A stretch of 64,000 nt of DNA from an uncultured Gammaproteobacteria bacterium. GTDB lineage: Bacteria > Patescibacteriota > Patescibacteriia > UBA11705 > DATKZF01. The stretch is taken from NCBI GenBank assembly GCA_964411255.1, contig CAYPKD010000006.1, positions 67,097-131,096 of the forward strand, read 5' to 3'. The notes under the pieces are model-generated. The model searched no databases. It saw only the letters and a list, made by a program, of their open reading frames with translations, and had not been told where the DNA came from. Each line of letters starts with the position of its first letter. Positions within the stretch are counted from its first letter, which is position 1. Shown here piece after piece: positions 9,168-18,032 of the stretch. A program made the position numbers and the translations under genes.

Positions 9168-10592
9168 TTAAAAGGATTGTTCAAAATGATGCGCAATCCT
9201 TAAAATATTTGCTTCATCAAAATAATTCCCGTATATTTGTAAACCCGTTGGAAATTCGCCAGGTCCGTTCATTGGCACGCTGATTGCTGGCAAACCTGCT
9301 ACATTTGCTGACACAGTAAATACATCTGCCAAATACATCTGCATTGGATCTTCTGTTTTTTCTCCAATATTAAAAGCAATAGTTGGCGCTGTAGGCATTA
9401 CAATCGCATCCACTGATTTATAAGATTTGTCAAAATCATGTTTTATCAAAGTCCGCACTTTTTGAGCTTGTTTATAATATGCATCGCTGTATCCTTCTGA
9501 CAAAATAAAAGTTCCCATCATGATTCTTCTCTTAACTTCATCACCAAAACCCTTTTGCCTTGTTTTCAAATACATGTCCTGTAAATTTTTTATTTCTTTT
9601 TCTCGCAAACCAAACTTAACTCCGTCATATCGAGCTAAATTTGATGAAACTTCTGCTGGCATCAAAATATAATAAGCTGCCAGGCTGTGTTTGGCAGTTG
9701 GCAAATCAATTTTTTTTATTTTGACATTTAACTGCTCCAATATTTTCAATGCTTTTGAAAAATCTTCTGCCACATCATGATCAAGTCCTTTTAAAAATTC
9801 TTCACCTGGAACGCCAATTTTTAATCCTTTCAATGGCTGATCAAAATTTTCGAAATAATTAAATGACTGGTCAACTGATGTTGAATCAAACCTGTCATGT
9901 CCGCTGATTAATTGCAAAAGTATGGCTGCATCTTCCACTGATTTTGCAACTGGACCAATTTGATCAAAGCTTGAAGCCATGGCCATTAATCCGTGTCGTG
10001 AAACTCTGCCATATGTTGGTTTTATTCCAACAACTCCGCAAAAAGCAGCCGGTTGGCGAATTGATCCGCCAGTATCAGAACCTAAAGCAGCAATACACTG
10101 GTCATCTGCAACTGCTGCAACGCTGCCGCCAGAAGATCCGCCTGCAACTTTCTCCAGATTAAAAGGATTTTTTACTACGCCATAAGCTGAATTCTCAGTT
10201 GAAGAACCCATCGCAAACTCATCCATGTTTGTTTTTCCTAAGAATATGACGCCTGCTTCTTTTAATTTATTAATCACGGATGCATCATAAGGCGCCCGAT
10301 AATTTTCTAAAATTTTCGAACCCGAAGTGCAATTATAATCTTCAATTAAAATATTATCTTTGATAGCCAAAGGAATGCCTTCTAACTTTTTCAAAGGTGA
10401 ATTATTTTTAATCTTATCATCAATCTCTTTTGCTTGCTCCATTGCACTTTCTTCCATCACATTAATAAAAGCATTAACCTCTGGCTGCCTTTTTTTAATC
10501 TTATCCAAACAAGCCTGTACTAATTCTGTACAAGTGAATTCTTTCTCTTGCAAACCCCGTTGAGCTGATTTTATGGTCAACTTATTTAACAT
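9168..10592 (-). CDS. gatA: Glu-tRNA(Gln)/Asp-tRNA(Asn) amidotransferase subunit A
   Basis: Amidase signature GGSSGGS, GSDTGGSIRQPA, SSNLARYDG. Confidence 0.96.
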   Translation of the reverse strand: MLNKLTIKSAQRGLQEKEFTCTELVQACLDKIKKRQPEVNAFINVMEESAMEQAKEIDDKIKNNSPLKKLEGIPLAIKDNILIEDYNCTSGSKILENYRAPYDASVINKLKEAGVIFLGKTNMDEFAMGSSTENSAYGVVKNPFNLEKVAGGSSGGSVAAVADDQCIAALGSDTGGSIRQPAAFCGVVGIKPTYGRVSRHGLMAMASSFDQIGPVAKSVEDAAILLQLISGHDRFDSTSVDQSFNYFENFDQPLKGLKIGVPGEEFLKGLDHDVAEDFSKALKILEQLNVKIKKIDLPTAKHSLAAYYILMPAEVSSNLARYDGVKFGLREKEIKNLQDMYLKTRQKGFGDEVKRRIMMGTFILSEGYSDAYYKQAQKVRTLIKHDFDKSYKSVDAIVMPTAPTIAFNIGEKTEDPMQMYLADVFTVSANVAGLPAISVPMNGPGEFPTGLQIYGNYFDEANILRIAHHFEQSF

Positions 10593-10652
10593 AGAAATTA
10601 GTTGTTTAGAAATTTGAAACTGGTATTGGAAATTGGAAAATTGAAATTAGAT

Positions 10653-11057
10653 TTATTTCTTCTCATGAAAATTTTGCCAAACCCTTGATAATTTTGCCAT
10701 TTGCCTACAACTTAAATCATATAAATCAATTGCCTTTTCACAGGTATCTTTATTCACAAAATCACCGTATAAATCAATACATGCTGATAAATGATGAATC
10801 ATTTCATTGGATTCTCCAAGTGCATCATCCAAATATTTTTTCCAATTTTTCTTTTGATATCTTTTTGCAAAACCTTCTGCAATTAATGCTGGGCCTGCTT
10901 TTGAGGCTCTGCTCATTTGATTAACCAAATCATATTTTTCTTCTTGTAGAAGTGATGGAATTATTTTCTTGTGAACCAAAATCATTGCTTTATATAAATT
11001 CTGATAAGCTCTTTAATCTTTATAACTTTTAATTGGCTGATAATCACTATTTTCCAT
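10653..11057 (-). pseudogene. Four-helix-bundle (23S rRNA IVS-like, TIGR02436-type) gene with an in-frame TAA at codon 15
   Basis: Manual translation from ATG 11057: MENSDYQPIKSYKD*RAYQNLYKAMIL..., continuing in frame with EEKYDLVNQMSRASK..ALIAEG..LGESNE; flanked by 7-mer repeats. Confidence 0.75.
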
Positions 11058-11095
11058 TTTCTATTACGAATTTCTATTTTCCAAACAACCATTTT

Positions 11096-11389
11096 CTATT
11101 TCTTGCCCTTCATTACCCCTGGCACCTTCACCTGTTCTCCCTCAACTTCAGGCGCTTCGCGCATAAGTTTTTTAATAGAATAAATTAAATGAACTTCATC
11201 ATCACGAACCACATTTTTTAAGCCAGTTATTTGTGAAATCTGCTCAATCTGTGTCAAATCAAGCCCTTTTATCTCTTCAAAATACTTAAAAATATCTGAA
11301 ATTTGTTCAGTATATTTAGCCTTTTCCTCTTCAGTTATGCCCAATCTGGCCAATTCAGACACTTTTTCCACTAAATCTTTATTAATCAT
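11096..11389 (-). CDS. gatC: Amidotransferase subunit C
   Basis: VEKVSELARL...KNVVRDD...VKVPGV; adjacent to gatA; start at ATG MINKDLV. Confidence 0.9.
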   Translation of the reverse strand: MINKDLVEKVSELARLGITEEEKAKYTEQISDIFKYFEEIKGLDLTQIEQISQITGLKNVVRDDEVHLIYSIKKLMREAPEVEGEQVKVPGVMKGKK

Positions 11390-11399
11390 ATATTGAATA

Positions 11400-11535
11400 A
11401 AATAACAAAAATCAAGCACCAAAAATCAAATAAATTACAAGTTCCAATTTTCAAATCACCAATCGAATTATTTTGAATTTTGATCATTGTTATTTGGTTC
11501 TTATTTGAAATTTGTTATTTGTATTTTGGTACTTA
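11400..11535. repeat. Inverted pair of degenerate 7-mer tracts
   Basis: A/C-rich aaataac aaaaatc aagcacc... followed by T/G-rich ttatttg gttct tatttg aaatttg ttatttg. Confidence 0.55.
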
Positions 11536-11677
11536 AATATTAATCTTAATTTAATTGAATTATATCATAAAATGTCAAAAAAAGCTCTAAATTTGATTTA
11601 ATTTTATTTTTTTCATTTTATAAAAAAAATTCAAACTGCTTAATTTAGCAAAAAATTTTCAAATCAAATTCTAATTC

Positions 11678-11706
11678 TTGACTTTTGAAAAAATTTATGC
11701 TAGGAT
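11678..11706 (+). promoter_or_regulatory. sigma70-type promoter with extended -10
   Basis: TTGACT-N17-(TGc)TAGGAT upstream of 11798. Confidence 0.6.
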
Positions 11707-11797
11707 ATTTAATCATGCTGCGAACAGGAAATTGTTTGCTTAAAAGTAAATATTTTTTTGTTCACAACAACCAAACACACCATTTTAGGAGATACTG

Positions 11798-12304
11798 ATG
11801 AAAAATCCGAAAACTCCGTCTCAGGCACTTCGCCGAATCAAAGAAATCAAGGGTAGAATTTCCACGCTGACCATGCGCGTTCGTCAGAGCGTGTGCTGGG
11901 AAGGTGAGGATAAGCCTACCTTTGAGTTCAAGGCAGTGCTTGAGCAGCGTCAAGAGCTGGTGGCAGAGCTGGTTTCTCTGAAGACCCGTCTGATGAGAAC
12001 CAATTGCTCAGCCACACTCGAGTTCGAGGGCAGCACTCTGACCATTCAGGAAGCAGTTTTCCTGATGGCTGAGATGAAGGGAGAGCTTGAGCTCTACTCC
12101 AGTCTCAGAATCTCAGAGGGCGTGCGCAAAGAACACGCGGGGCATGATCCGAACACTGGCCGGACGATCTTCGATGATATCAAGCTTCACTCAGCAATGA
12201 GGGAGATTGAGCGACTCGAAAAGGTCGAAAAGCTCGAGGAGCGGATCAGTCAGCTCAACGACGCTGTGGAGAGCGCCAACCACCGGACCGATCTCGTTGA
12301 GTAA
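11798..12304 (+). CDS. DIP1984/DUF6847-like coiled-coil protein
   Basis: Family pattern recognised by eye: SQALRRIKEIKGRI...EGEDKP...LVSLKTRLMRTN...TIQEAV...ISQLNDAVESANHRTDL; SD AGGAG. Confidence 0.7.
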   Translation: MKNPKTPSQALRRIKEIKGRISTLTMRVRQSVCWEGEDKPTFEFKAVLEQRQELVAELVSLKTRLMRTNCSATLEFEGSTLTIQEAVFLMAEMKGELELYSSLRISEGVRKEHAGHDPNTGRTIFDDIKLHSAMREIERLEKVEKLEERISQLNDAVESANHRTDLVE

Positions 12305-12322
12305 GGTCTAGGTTGACCATTT

Positions 12323-12622
12323 GGGGCTTGGCAGCATGTTTCAGATTTTCCAGAGTCAAAGCACTAATAGGCAAATCCTTTTGGATGTAGCCTAGGCTGC
12401 GACAGGGTGTGCAAAAATTTATCAATTGCCTAACTAGCAATTGAAGACTGCAATAAAATTATTTATTGCAATGACAACGACAGCGATGCTGGGCAAAGAT
12501 TATTATATCCGCCTCAGAGTTCAGGACTCAGATGGTTAGGATTTAGTAATTAGAGCTTAAAGCTGAGCTGTTAGCACTCAGATAGCACCCACTGGAATTT
12601 GACGAAACTGCTGCCTTGCTCC
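12323..12622 (+). ncRNA. Candidate structured RNA with ten heptad repeats
   Basis: Long-range stem ggggc-tt-ggcagca-t-gtttc..ttccag / ctggaa..gaaac-tgctgcc-tt-gctcc, internal hairpins, heptads at 12513-12583, terminator immediately after. Confidence 0.6.
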
Positions 12623-12638
12623 ATCCCTTTAACATTAA

Positions 12639-12672
12639 CCCCAGTCATACATTATGGCTGGGCTGTTTTTTT
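12639..12672 (+). terminator. Intrinsic terminator
   Basis: cccagtcata-cat-tatggctggg followed by ctgttttttt. Confidence 0.7.
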
Positions 12673-12723
12673 AAAAAAATTGGTTATTGGAAATTGGAAA
12701 AAGCCTTTTCACTTTTTAAATCT

Positions 12724-12790
12724 ACCAACCGAAGCCTCTATTGCTGAGGGGTAGCTCTGCTGCCCCGCCCCTATCAGTGCGAAGGCTGGC
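12724..12790. repeat. REP-like hairpin of the CCGAA...GAAGG family
   Basis: accaaccgaagcc...gcgaaggctggc; ends match the elements at the tRNA 3' ends and in recG. Confidence 0.5.
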
Positions 12791-12921
12791 TTATGTGTAA
12801 GAAAACACATAATATTAGGTCTTTATAAATAATAAAATAAATAGCCTTTTCTCCACACTTTTTCCCCTAACCCACTTTTTCATTATTTGTCTAAATTTAG
12901 CCTAAAAAACCTCTTTTTCCA

Positions 12922-12950
12922 TTGACTTTTACCTAAAAATATGATATAAT
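12922..12950 (+). promoter_or_regulatory. Strong sigma70-type promoter at the head of the cassette-like array
   Basis: TTGACT-N17-(TGa)TATAAT. Confidence 0.8.
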
Positions 12951-12963
12951 ACAATATTCAAGA

Positions 12964-13020
12964 ATGAGGGGGAGAATCTTTAAATCTTGGACCTCTCTTT
13001 TTGAGAGGTTTTTTTCATAG
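12964..13020 (+). promoter_or_regulatory. Attenuator-like leader (terminator hairpin plus overlapping 18-codon ORF)
   Basis: acctctc-ttttt-gagaggt plus T-tract at 12991-13015; upstream gaggggg could pair with cctctc; mini-ORF MRGRIFKSWTSLFERFFS*. Confidence 0.5.
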
Positions 13021-13048
13021 TCATTTAACCCAAGTGGGAGGATAAATA

Positions 13049-13528
13049 ATGCATCAAGGAAACAGCCAGAAGTCCGTATTCATTGCCCCTATCACCTTTG
13101 GCATCAGCCTGATGATTTCAGTGGTCATGCTCACCTACTATGCCAATGAGGGCTATGAACAATCGCTTCAGTCAGCGGCAGCAGCAGATGACGATCTCTA
13201 TGGTTGTCTGGACTCCAGCGACTGCGAAATCGGCGAATTCTGCTACTACGGCCAATGCATGGAGGATTACTGCCAAACTGATCTGGATTGTGAAAATGGC
13301 ATGATCTGTAACGATGCGCAATTCTGCGAGCTTGGACAGCGAGAGCCTGAATGCCTCACTGACTCTGATTGTGGAGATAACGAATTCTGTTTTGACAAAT
13401 TCTGCTCGCGCTACGGCGCTGATGAATTCACTTGTCAAGACGATTCCTACTGTTTGCCTGATGAATGGTGCTGGCACGGCATCTGCACTCCAAACGATTA
13501 CGTTCCTGACCAATCCTTCCTTCTCTAA
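13049..13528 (+). CDS. Membrane-anchored Cys-rich repeat protein (4x CxxDxDC...C...C)
   Basis: TM helix then CLDSSDC, CQTDLDC, CLTDSDC, CQDDSYC units; SD GGGAGG. Confidence 0.8.
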   Translation: MHQGNSQKSVFIAPITFGISLMISVVMLTYYANEGYEQSLQSAAAADDDLYGCLDSSDCEIGEFCYYGQCMEDYCQTDLDCENGMICNDAQFCELGQREPECLTDSDCGDNEFCFDKFCSRYGADEFTCQDDSYCLPDEWCWHGICTPNDYVPDQSFLL

Positions 13529-13594
13529 CCCAACCGCGCACCTGCAGTTGGGTTCCCAGATTTGTTGATTAGAAATAATTAATAAATCTGGGAA
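13527..13594. repeat. Double-hairpin inter-gene element E1
   Basis: aacccaaccgcgcacctgcagttgggtt cccagatttgtt...aataaatctgggaa; overlaps the upstream stop codon. Confidence 0.92.
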
Positions 13595-13630
13595 ATTTGC
13601 CAGCTTTTGAAGCGGGTATATGGAGAGAAA

Positions 13631-13981
13631 ATGAATCAAACAACAAAAAAAGTACTGACGTATCTAGCTGCATTGCTGACTTCTTGTGTGATTGGCTTAA
13701 TTGCTACATACAAGACATCTCCCTTCTTTGATGGAACAGCTCATCACTTGAGCTCTTCAGAGTTGACCATATGGCTTTCTCTGATGATCATTTCCCTACC
13801 CCTTTCTCTTTTTATCTTCGTTTGTATGATCTCCTGTATTTTGAAACATATGAATATACGTAAATTCATTGATTTCGCTACAGGAGTTTCAGCAACAGAA
13901 GATTTTGTCAAAGGGATAACATCACTTGCCAAAGCAGGGATTATGATCCTAAAAGAACACCATCAAAGAAAAACAGAGTAA
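13631..13981 (+). CDS. Small two-TM membrane protein
   Basis: ATG at 13631 after GGAGAG; two hydrophobic segments. Confidence 0.7.
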   Translation: MNQTTKKVLTYLAALLTSCVIGLIATYKTSPFFDGTAHHLSSSELTIWLSLMIISLPLSLFIFVCMISCILKHMNIRKFIDFATGVSATEDFVKGITSLAKAGIMILKEHHQRKTE

Positions 13982-14028
13982 CCATATTTCTTGCGCCGGC
14001 TTTTAAAGCGGGCAATCTGGAGGGACAA

Positions 14029-14304
14029 ATGCACAAGGAAGATAAGAGAATAATTCTCCACATCTTCGGCGTAATCTGCACATGTGTTCTGGCTATTCCA
14101 TTTCCGGTATTGCTTTTCAATGGAATCTGGTTCGATGACATGCCTGCTACGCAGGCACAGATGGTTTTCAATCTAGTTATGACTTTTCTGACTACCCCTC
14201 TCGCTCTAATTTGCTATATGAAATTCCTCAAACTAATGTGGAAAGCAAGCAAAGAAGACCGACGATATCTTCACAAGCCACTCCGCACTGCATCCCAGCA
14301 GTAA
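14029..14304 (+). CDS. Small two-TM membrane protein
   Basis: SD GGAGGG; two hydrophobic segments, basic tail. Confidence 0.7.
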   Translation: MHKEDKRIILHIFGVICTCVLAIPFPVLLFNGIWFDDMPATQAQMVFNLVMTFLTTPLALICYMKFLKLMWKASKEDRRYLHKPLRTASQQ

Positions 14305-14308
14305 ATTC

Positions 14309-14376
14309 ACCCAATCGCACATCTGCAATTGGGTTCCCAGATTTGTTTAGCATGAAATATTAAACAGATCTGGGAA
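14309..14376. repeat. Double-hairpin element E2
   Basis: acccaatcgcacatctgcaattgggt tcccagatttgttta...taaacagatctgggaa. Confidence 0.92.
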
Positions 14377-14414
14377 TATAGTTTGAACTTTCCACATATC
14401 TTTGGAGAATTATC

Positions 14415-14630
14415 ATGAAGACAACCTCTCCCCATTGGGATGAAGTAAACGGTGTTTGCCTCAAGCATGAACTTCCCTCTATCCCTTGTCCAGCCTGTCT
14501 GGCTGGCGAAGGTGATGAGGATCTAGAGTTCGTAATCACCGAATCTGACCAGGCAGCTATGGATTGGGATCCTGATCTTCGTCCAGAAGACCTGGTCCCG
14601 GCCAACATCACCAATCCCACCATTATCTAG
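14415..14630 (+). CDS. Small acidic protein with CxxH...CPAC motif
   Basis: VCLKHELPSIPCPAC; SD GGAG; fills the gap between E2 and E3. Confidence 0.65.
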   Translation: MKTTSPHWDEVNGVCLKHELPSIPCPACLAGEGDEDLEFVITESDQAAMDWDPDLRPEDLVPANITNPTII

Positions 14631-14658
14631 GGACATAACTAGAAAACTCCTACCTTTT

Positions 14659-14725
14659 ACCCAACCGCGCATCTGCAGTTGGGTTCCCATCTTTGTTTAA
14701 TAGAAATAATAAATAAAGACGGGAA
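14659..14725. repeat. Double-hairpin element E3
   Basis: acccaaccgcgcatctgcagttgggt tcccatctttgttta...taaataaagacgggaa. Confidence 0.92.
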
Positions 14726-14758
14726 GTACCTTTGGTATCTTAACGACAGGAGACTGAA

Positions 14759-15028
14759 ATGGACAGATCTGAAAAGTTGCAACTGCTCTGGATCACTTTG
14801 ATGTGTATTTTCGGAGCTCTAACAATGACTTCTCTACTTGCACTCACAATGTATGCCAGTGGAGATCTACCCAATGAACACATTGCTGCTCTTATCATTC
14901 ACTCCGTCATCGTAGGTCTGTGTGCACCAGCAACTGCTCTTCTCGGCGTCAAGGCATACCGCTACAAACGCACCTCCCAGCATCTACCTCAACCGCACTC
15001 CTGCAATATGGAAAGGTATTCGTCATGA
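14759..15028 (+). CDS. Small two-TM membrane protein
   Basis: SD AGGAG; two hydrophobic segments. Confidence 0.7.
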   Translation: MDRSEKLQLLWITLMCIFGALTMTSLLALTMYASGDLPNEHIAALIIHSVIVGLCAPATALLGVKAYRYKRTSQHLPQPHSCNMERYSS

Positions 15029-15507
15029 TGAAATGTGAACAGTTTGAAGCACTGAATCTGAGGCTGCAGCATATCCGCGCAATCAAAGGCCGAAATGATG
15101 GCTATGTTGCCGGATTCAAGGAAGATGCGTTCGCTGCAGGCTTTTGCCTGGAGGATTTCGGCATTACTGAAGATGAGCTCAATGAGCTTGTCAAACTCGG
15201 ATTTCGGGCAGAGGCTGAAAGGCGCCTGGCTCTGACAATCTGGCCAATTCCAGAAGAAGGCATTTTCATCACCCCTCCAGAAATGGAATTTGAATTTTTC
15301 GTCCATTTCATGGAAAAGGGAGATCTGGCCTTCAAGGACTTTGGTATCACTCCTCTGCAGCTGGCTGAGCATCTGGTTCGCATTCATCAACTCTTCGATG
15401 GCTGCGTAACTGATGAAGAGAAAGAGTTGGCTCAAAGGCAGCTCTGCCAGCACGTTGAACTGGAGCCAAACTTCCTCTTCCATCAGCCAGAACCACCAGG
15501 CTACTAA
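15025..15507 (+). CDS. Hypothetical protein
   Basis: ATGA overlap with the upstream stop; internal repeat DFGIT x2; start moved from 14920 to 15025. Confidence 0.65.
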   Translation: MMKCEQFEALNLRLQHIRAIKGRNDGYVAGFKEDAFAAGFCLEDFGITEDELNELVKLGFRAEAERRLALTIWPIPEEGIFITPPEMEFEFFVHFMEKGDLAFKDFGITPLQLAEHLVRIHQLFDGCVTDEEKELAQRQLCQHVELEPNFLFHQPEPPGY

Positions 15508-15533
15508 AACCTGCATAACTACCCTACCCTTTT

Positions 15534-15600
15534 ACCCAACCGCACTTCTGCAGTTGGGTTCCCATCTTTGTTTGTTAAAAATAATGAGCAAAGACGGGAA
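15534..15600. repeat. Double-hairpin element E4
   Basis: acccaaccgcacttctgcagttgggt tcccatctttgttt...gagcaaagacgggaa. Confidence 0.92.
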
Positions 15601-15653
15601 TAATCCCAAATTGACAACAAGTGCCTATAAAAGGCACTCAAGGGAGACAAAGA

Positions 15654-16013
15654 ATGAATTTTACCAAAACCCTGATTCTGACAATCTCTGCAATGGCAGT
15701 TTTCAGCTGTTCCAGCCAGTCTGAAACAGCAAAGACTGACAGTGCGCAACAGAAAACTCAGACTGTCAGTGGCTGGGCAATCGAACCTGGATCGTCTGGG
15801 ATCTATTCAGCTCCAGTCAAACTGATCTGGGGAACTTACAGTGGCTATGGCAAATTCCTGGTAGAGCCAGCCAGTGACAGCTGCCACTTTGCTTCCAAAA
15901 AAGTGGGAGTGGGCAATCCCACTGGGATTGCCAGTCACAAGCAGTTTGGTCCCTATATTTTCACAGGCAGTTCAGACTGCCAGGTAAAGCTCACCAAAAT
16001 CTATCACTTGTAA
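15654..16013 (+). CDS. Putative lipoprotein
   Basis: MNFTKTLILTISAMAVFSC lipobox-like; SD GGGAG. Confidence 0.7.
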   Translation: MNFTKTLILTISAMAVFSCSSQSETAKTDSAQQKTQTVSGWAIEPGSSGIYSAPVKLIWGTYSGYGKFLVEPASDSCHFASKKVGVGNPTGIASHKQFGPYIFTGSSDCQVKLTKIYHL

Positions 16014-16038
16014 AACTGTAATAAAAAAAGGAGAACTG

Positions 16039-16197
16039 ATGAACACTGACCAGGTTCTTCGTCTGTTCGAGCTGCTGATTCTGCTGGCCATTATCATTGC
16101 GCCAGGCGGCTCGCTTCTCATTCCTGCTCAGTTGGGAGTGAGAAAATACAGGAATCATAAGCTTCAGAACAACCTTTCCCAACAACCTGCCCTTTAA
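16039..16197 (+). CDS. 52-aa membrane peptide (shorter than any ORF in the track)
   Basis: Manual translation MNTDQVLRLFELLILLAIIIAPGGSLLIPAQLGVRKYRNHKLQNNLSQQPAL*; SD AGGAG; its stop overlaps the start of E5. Confidence 0.6.
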   Translation: MNTDQVLRLFELLILLAIIIAPGGSLLIPAQLGVRKYRNHKLQNNLSQQPAL

Positions 16198-16264
16198 TCC
16201 AATCAGCAAACCTGCTAATTGGATTCCCAGCTTTGTTTGTTAATAATAATTAGCAAAGCTGGGA
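16196..16264. repeat. Double-hairpin element E5
   Basis: aatccaatcagcaaacctgctaattggatt cccagctttgtt...agcaaagctggga; compensatory changes relative to E1. Confidence 0.9.
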
Positions 16265-16316
16265 GAAGTTCAATTACAATTCAATCATTTTCCCCAAAAT
16301 GGGGAGGAGGACACCA

Positions 16317-18017
16317 ATGAGCACCATTTTCAAGAGCATTCTTGTCTGCACACTGATTTGGACTGCCAGCTGCGCTGGCGAGGAAGGCATTACGCTTTCC
16401 AATGACTGTAGCAGTGACTATGACTGTCCGGAGAACTCTTTCTGTTCTCAGAACGGTGAATGCATGGAAAAAATAGAAACGATCGTCCCAGCCTACATCT
16501 ATACCACCGGACAGAACGTCCGTAGATCTGGGGACAATCGTATCGACCTGTGCGATGGCCAGGACAATGATGAAGATGGTCTGACTGACGAAAATGATCC
16601 CAATGTGATGCAAGACTGCACTGCTTTGGTCATTTTCGAAGGCAATATGGTTCATGTCCAAGGTTATCTGGCCTGCAGTTCACTCGGGCTGGTCTGCGCC
16701 CCTCCGCCAATCGAACTTTGTCAGTTGAATTCTGAAGTCTGTTCTAACGGACTGGATGACAACTGCAATGGACTCGAAGACGAGGGCTGTAACAATTCCG
16801 AACCTGTCGATGACGACAACGACAATGACGGATACAGTCCCTCTGATGGCGACTGTGATGACAACAACCACAATGTCAGCCCTGCAGCTGTCGAATACTG
16901 CGATGATATTGACAACAACTGTGACGGGCAGACAGACGAGAGCGATCCGCAAGAAGGTTTGATCTGTATCGATCTAACCACCATCAATGGCAATGTTGTG
17001 CCGGTTGTTGGCCTGTGGGAATGTGCTCCAGCAAGTGAGCTGCGGTGCAAATTCAGCCCTGAGCACTGCCGGAATTACGAAATCTGCAACAACGGCTTTG
17101 ATGATACTTGCGACGGCGTCATTGACGACGGCTGCGATCAGACAACAGTCTCTTCTGACTGCGATGATAATGATCCCTGCACGCACGATGTACCAACCTC
17201 TGACGGGGTTTACCAGTGGTGCGAACACATCATGATCTGCGACGAGGACGGCGATGGCCAGGTAAATAACCAAAACGGTGGAGCTGACTGCGATGACAAT
17301 GACCCCTCTGTTGGCATGTGGTTTCCAGAGCTCTGCGATGGCAAAGACAATGATTGCGACGGCTTAATGGACGAAGGATGCTGTCCTGAAGGCTATCAGT
17401 TGGTCGAAGATGCGTGTTTCCCTATCGAACAGGGCACTCCCTGCAATGGCGAATATGATCCGTACGTTGGGGCCGAATGCGAAATCGTCTACTGTCTTCC
17501 CTCTGAAGACAGTGAGGTTTGTGAGGAAACCGTACTCCAGGGTTCATGGGTCTGTGGCATTGATGGCTATTTCATCTGCCAGGCAAATCCCAATACCTGT
17601 ACTGACGACTACTACATGTTCATCTCAGCAAACACACCTTCTGGCATGGCTGCTCCCAGTCCAGAAATGAAACTGGCTGAGCTCTGGATCGTAGCTATGT
17701 CTGATGACATGTATGTCGAATCGCTCACCTTCAATGTAGCCTCATTGGTTTCCTATCCTGATAACAACGATGAAACATGGGTTCTGCGAGACAAGGCTAC
17801 TTCTGAAGTGATCGCCCTGGAAATCGAAGACATCACTGGCAATGAAAATGGCCAGGTGGAATTCATTCTGAATCCACCCGCTTTCATTGCCAAAACCGAT
17901 GAGTTGGTAGTCGAAGTCTATGCAGACACGACTGAAATGTCCTTCAATGACATGATCCAGCTCTACACGCCAAACCCCTGCGGAGATGACATCTACGCTG
18001 GCGCCCTGCTCTTCTAG
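16317..18017 (+). CDS. Lipoprotein with multiple Cys/Asp-rich putative metal-binding (MopE-type, PF11617-like) repeats
   Basis: LIWTASC lipobox; repeated DCDD....P...E.CD..DN.CDG..DE units; ATG 16317 after GGAGGAGG. Confidence 0.85.
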   Translation: MSTIFKSILVCTLIWTASCAGEEGITLSNDCSSDYDCPENSFCSQNGECMEKIETIVPAYIYTTGQNVRRSGDNRIDLCDGQDNDEDGLTDENDPNVMQDCTALVIFEGNMVHVQGYLACSSLGLVCAPPPIELCQLNSEVCSNGLDDNCNGLEDEGCNNSEPVDDDNDNDGYSPSDGDCDDNNHNVSPAAVEYCDDIDNNCDGQTDESDPQEGLICIDLTTINGNVVPVVGLWECAPASELRCKFSPEHCRNYEICNNGFDDTCDGVIDDGCDQTTVSSDCDDNDPCTHDVPTSDGVYQWCEHIMICDEDGDGQVNNQNGGADCDDNDPSVGMWFPELCDGKDNDCDGLMDEGCCPEGYQLVEDACFPIEQGTPCNGEYDPYVGAECEIVYCLPSEDSEVCEETVLQGSWVCGIDGYFICQANPNTCTDDYYMFISANTPSGMAAPSPEMKLAELWIVAMSDDMYVESLTFNVASLVSYPDNNDETWVLRDKATSEVIALEIEDITGNENGQVEFILNPPAFIAKTDELVVEVYADTTEMSFNDMIQLYTPNPCGDDIYAGALLF

Positions 18018-18032
18018 AACTCCTTCCCTAAT

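Noticed and set aside
8924-9283. 119-aa + strand ORF with FLCF repeats
   Set aside because: A by-product of the TTTCTNTG tract; it overlaps two real minus-strand genes.
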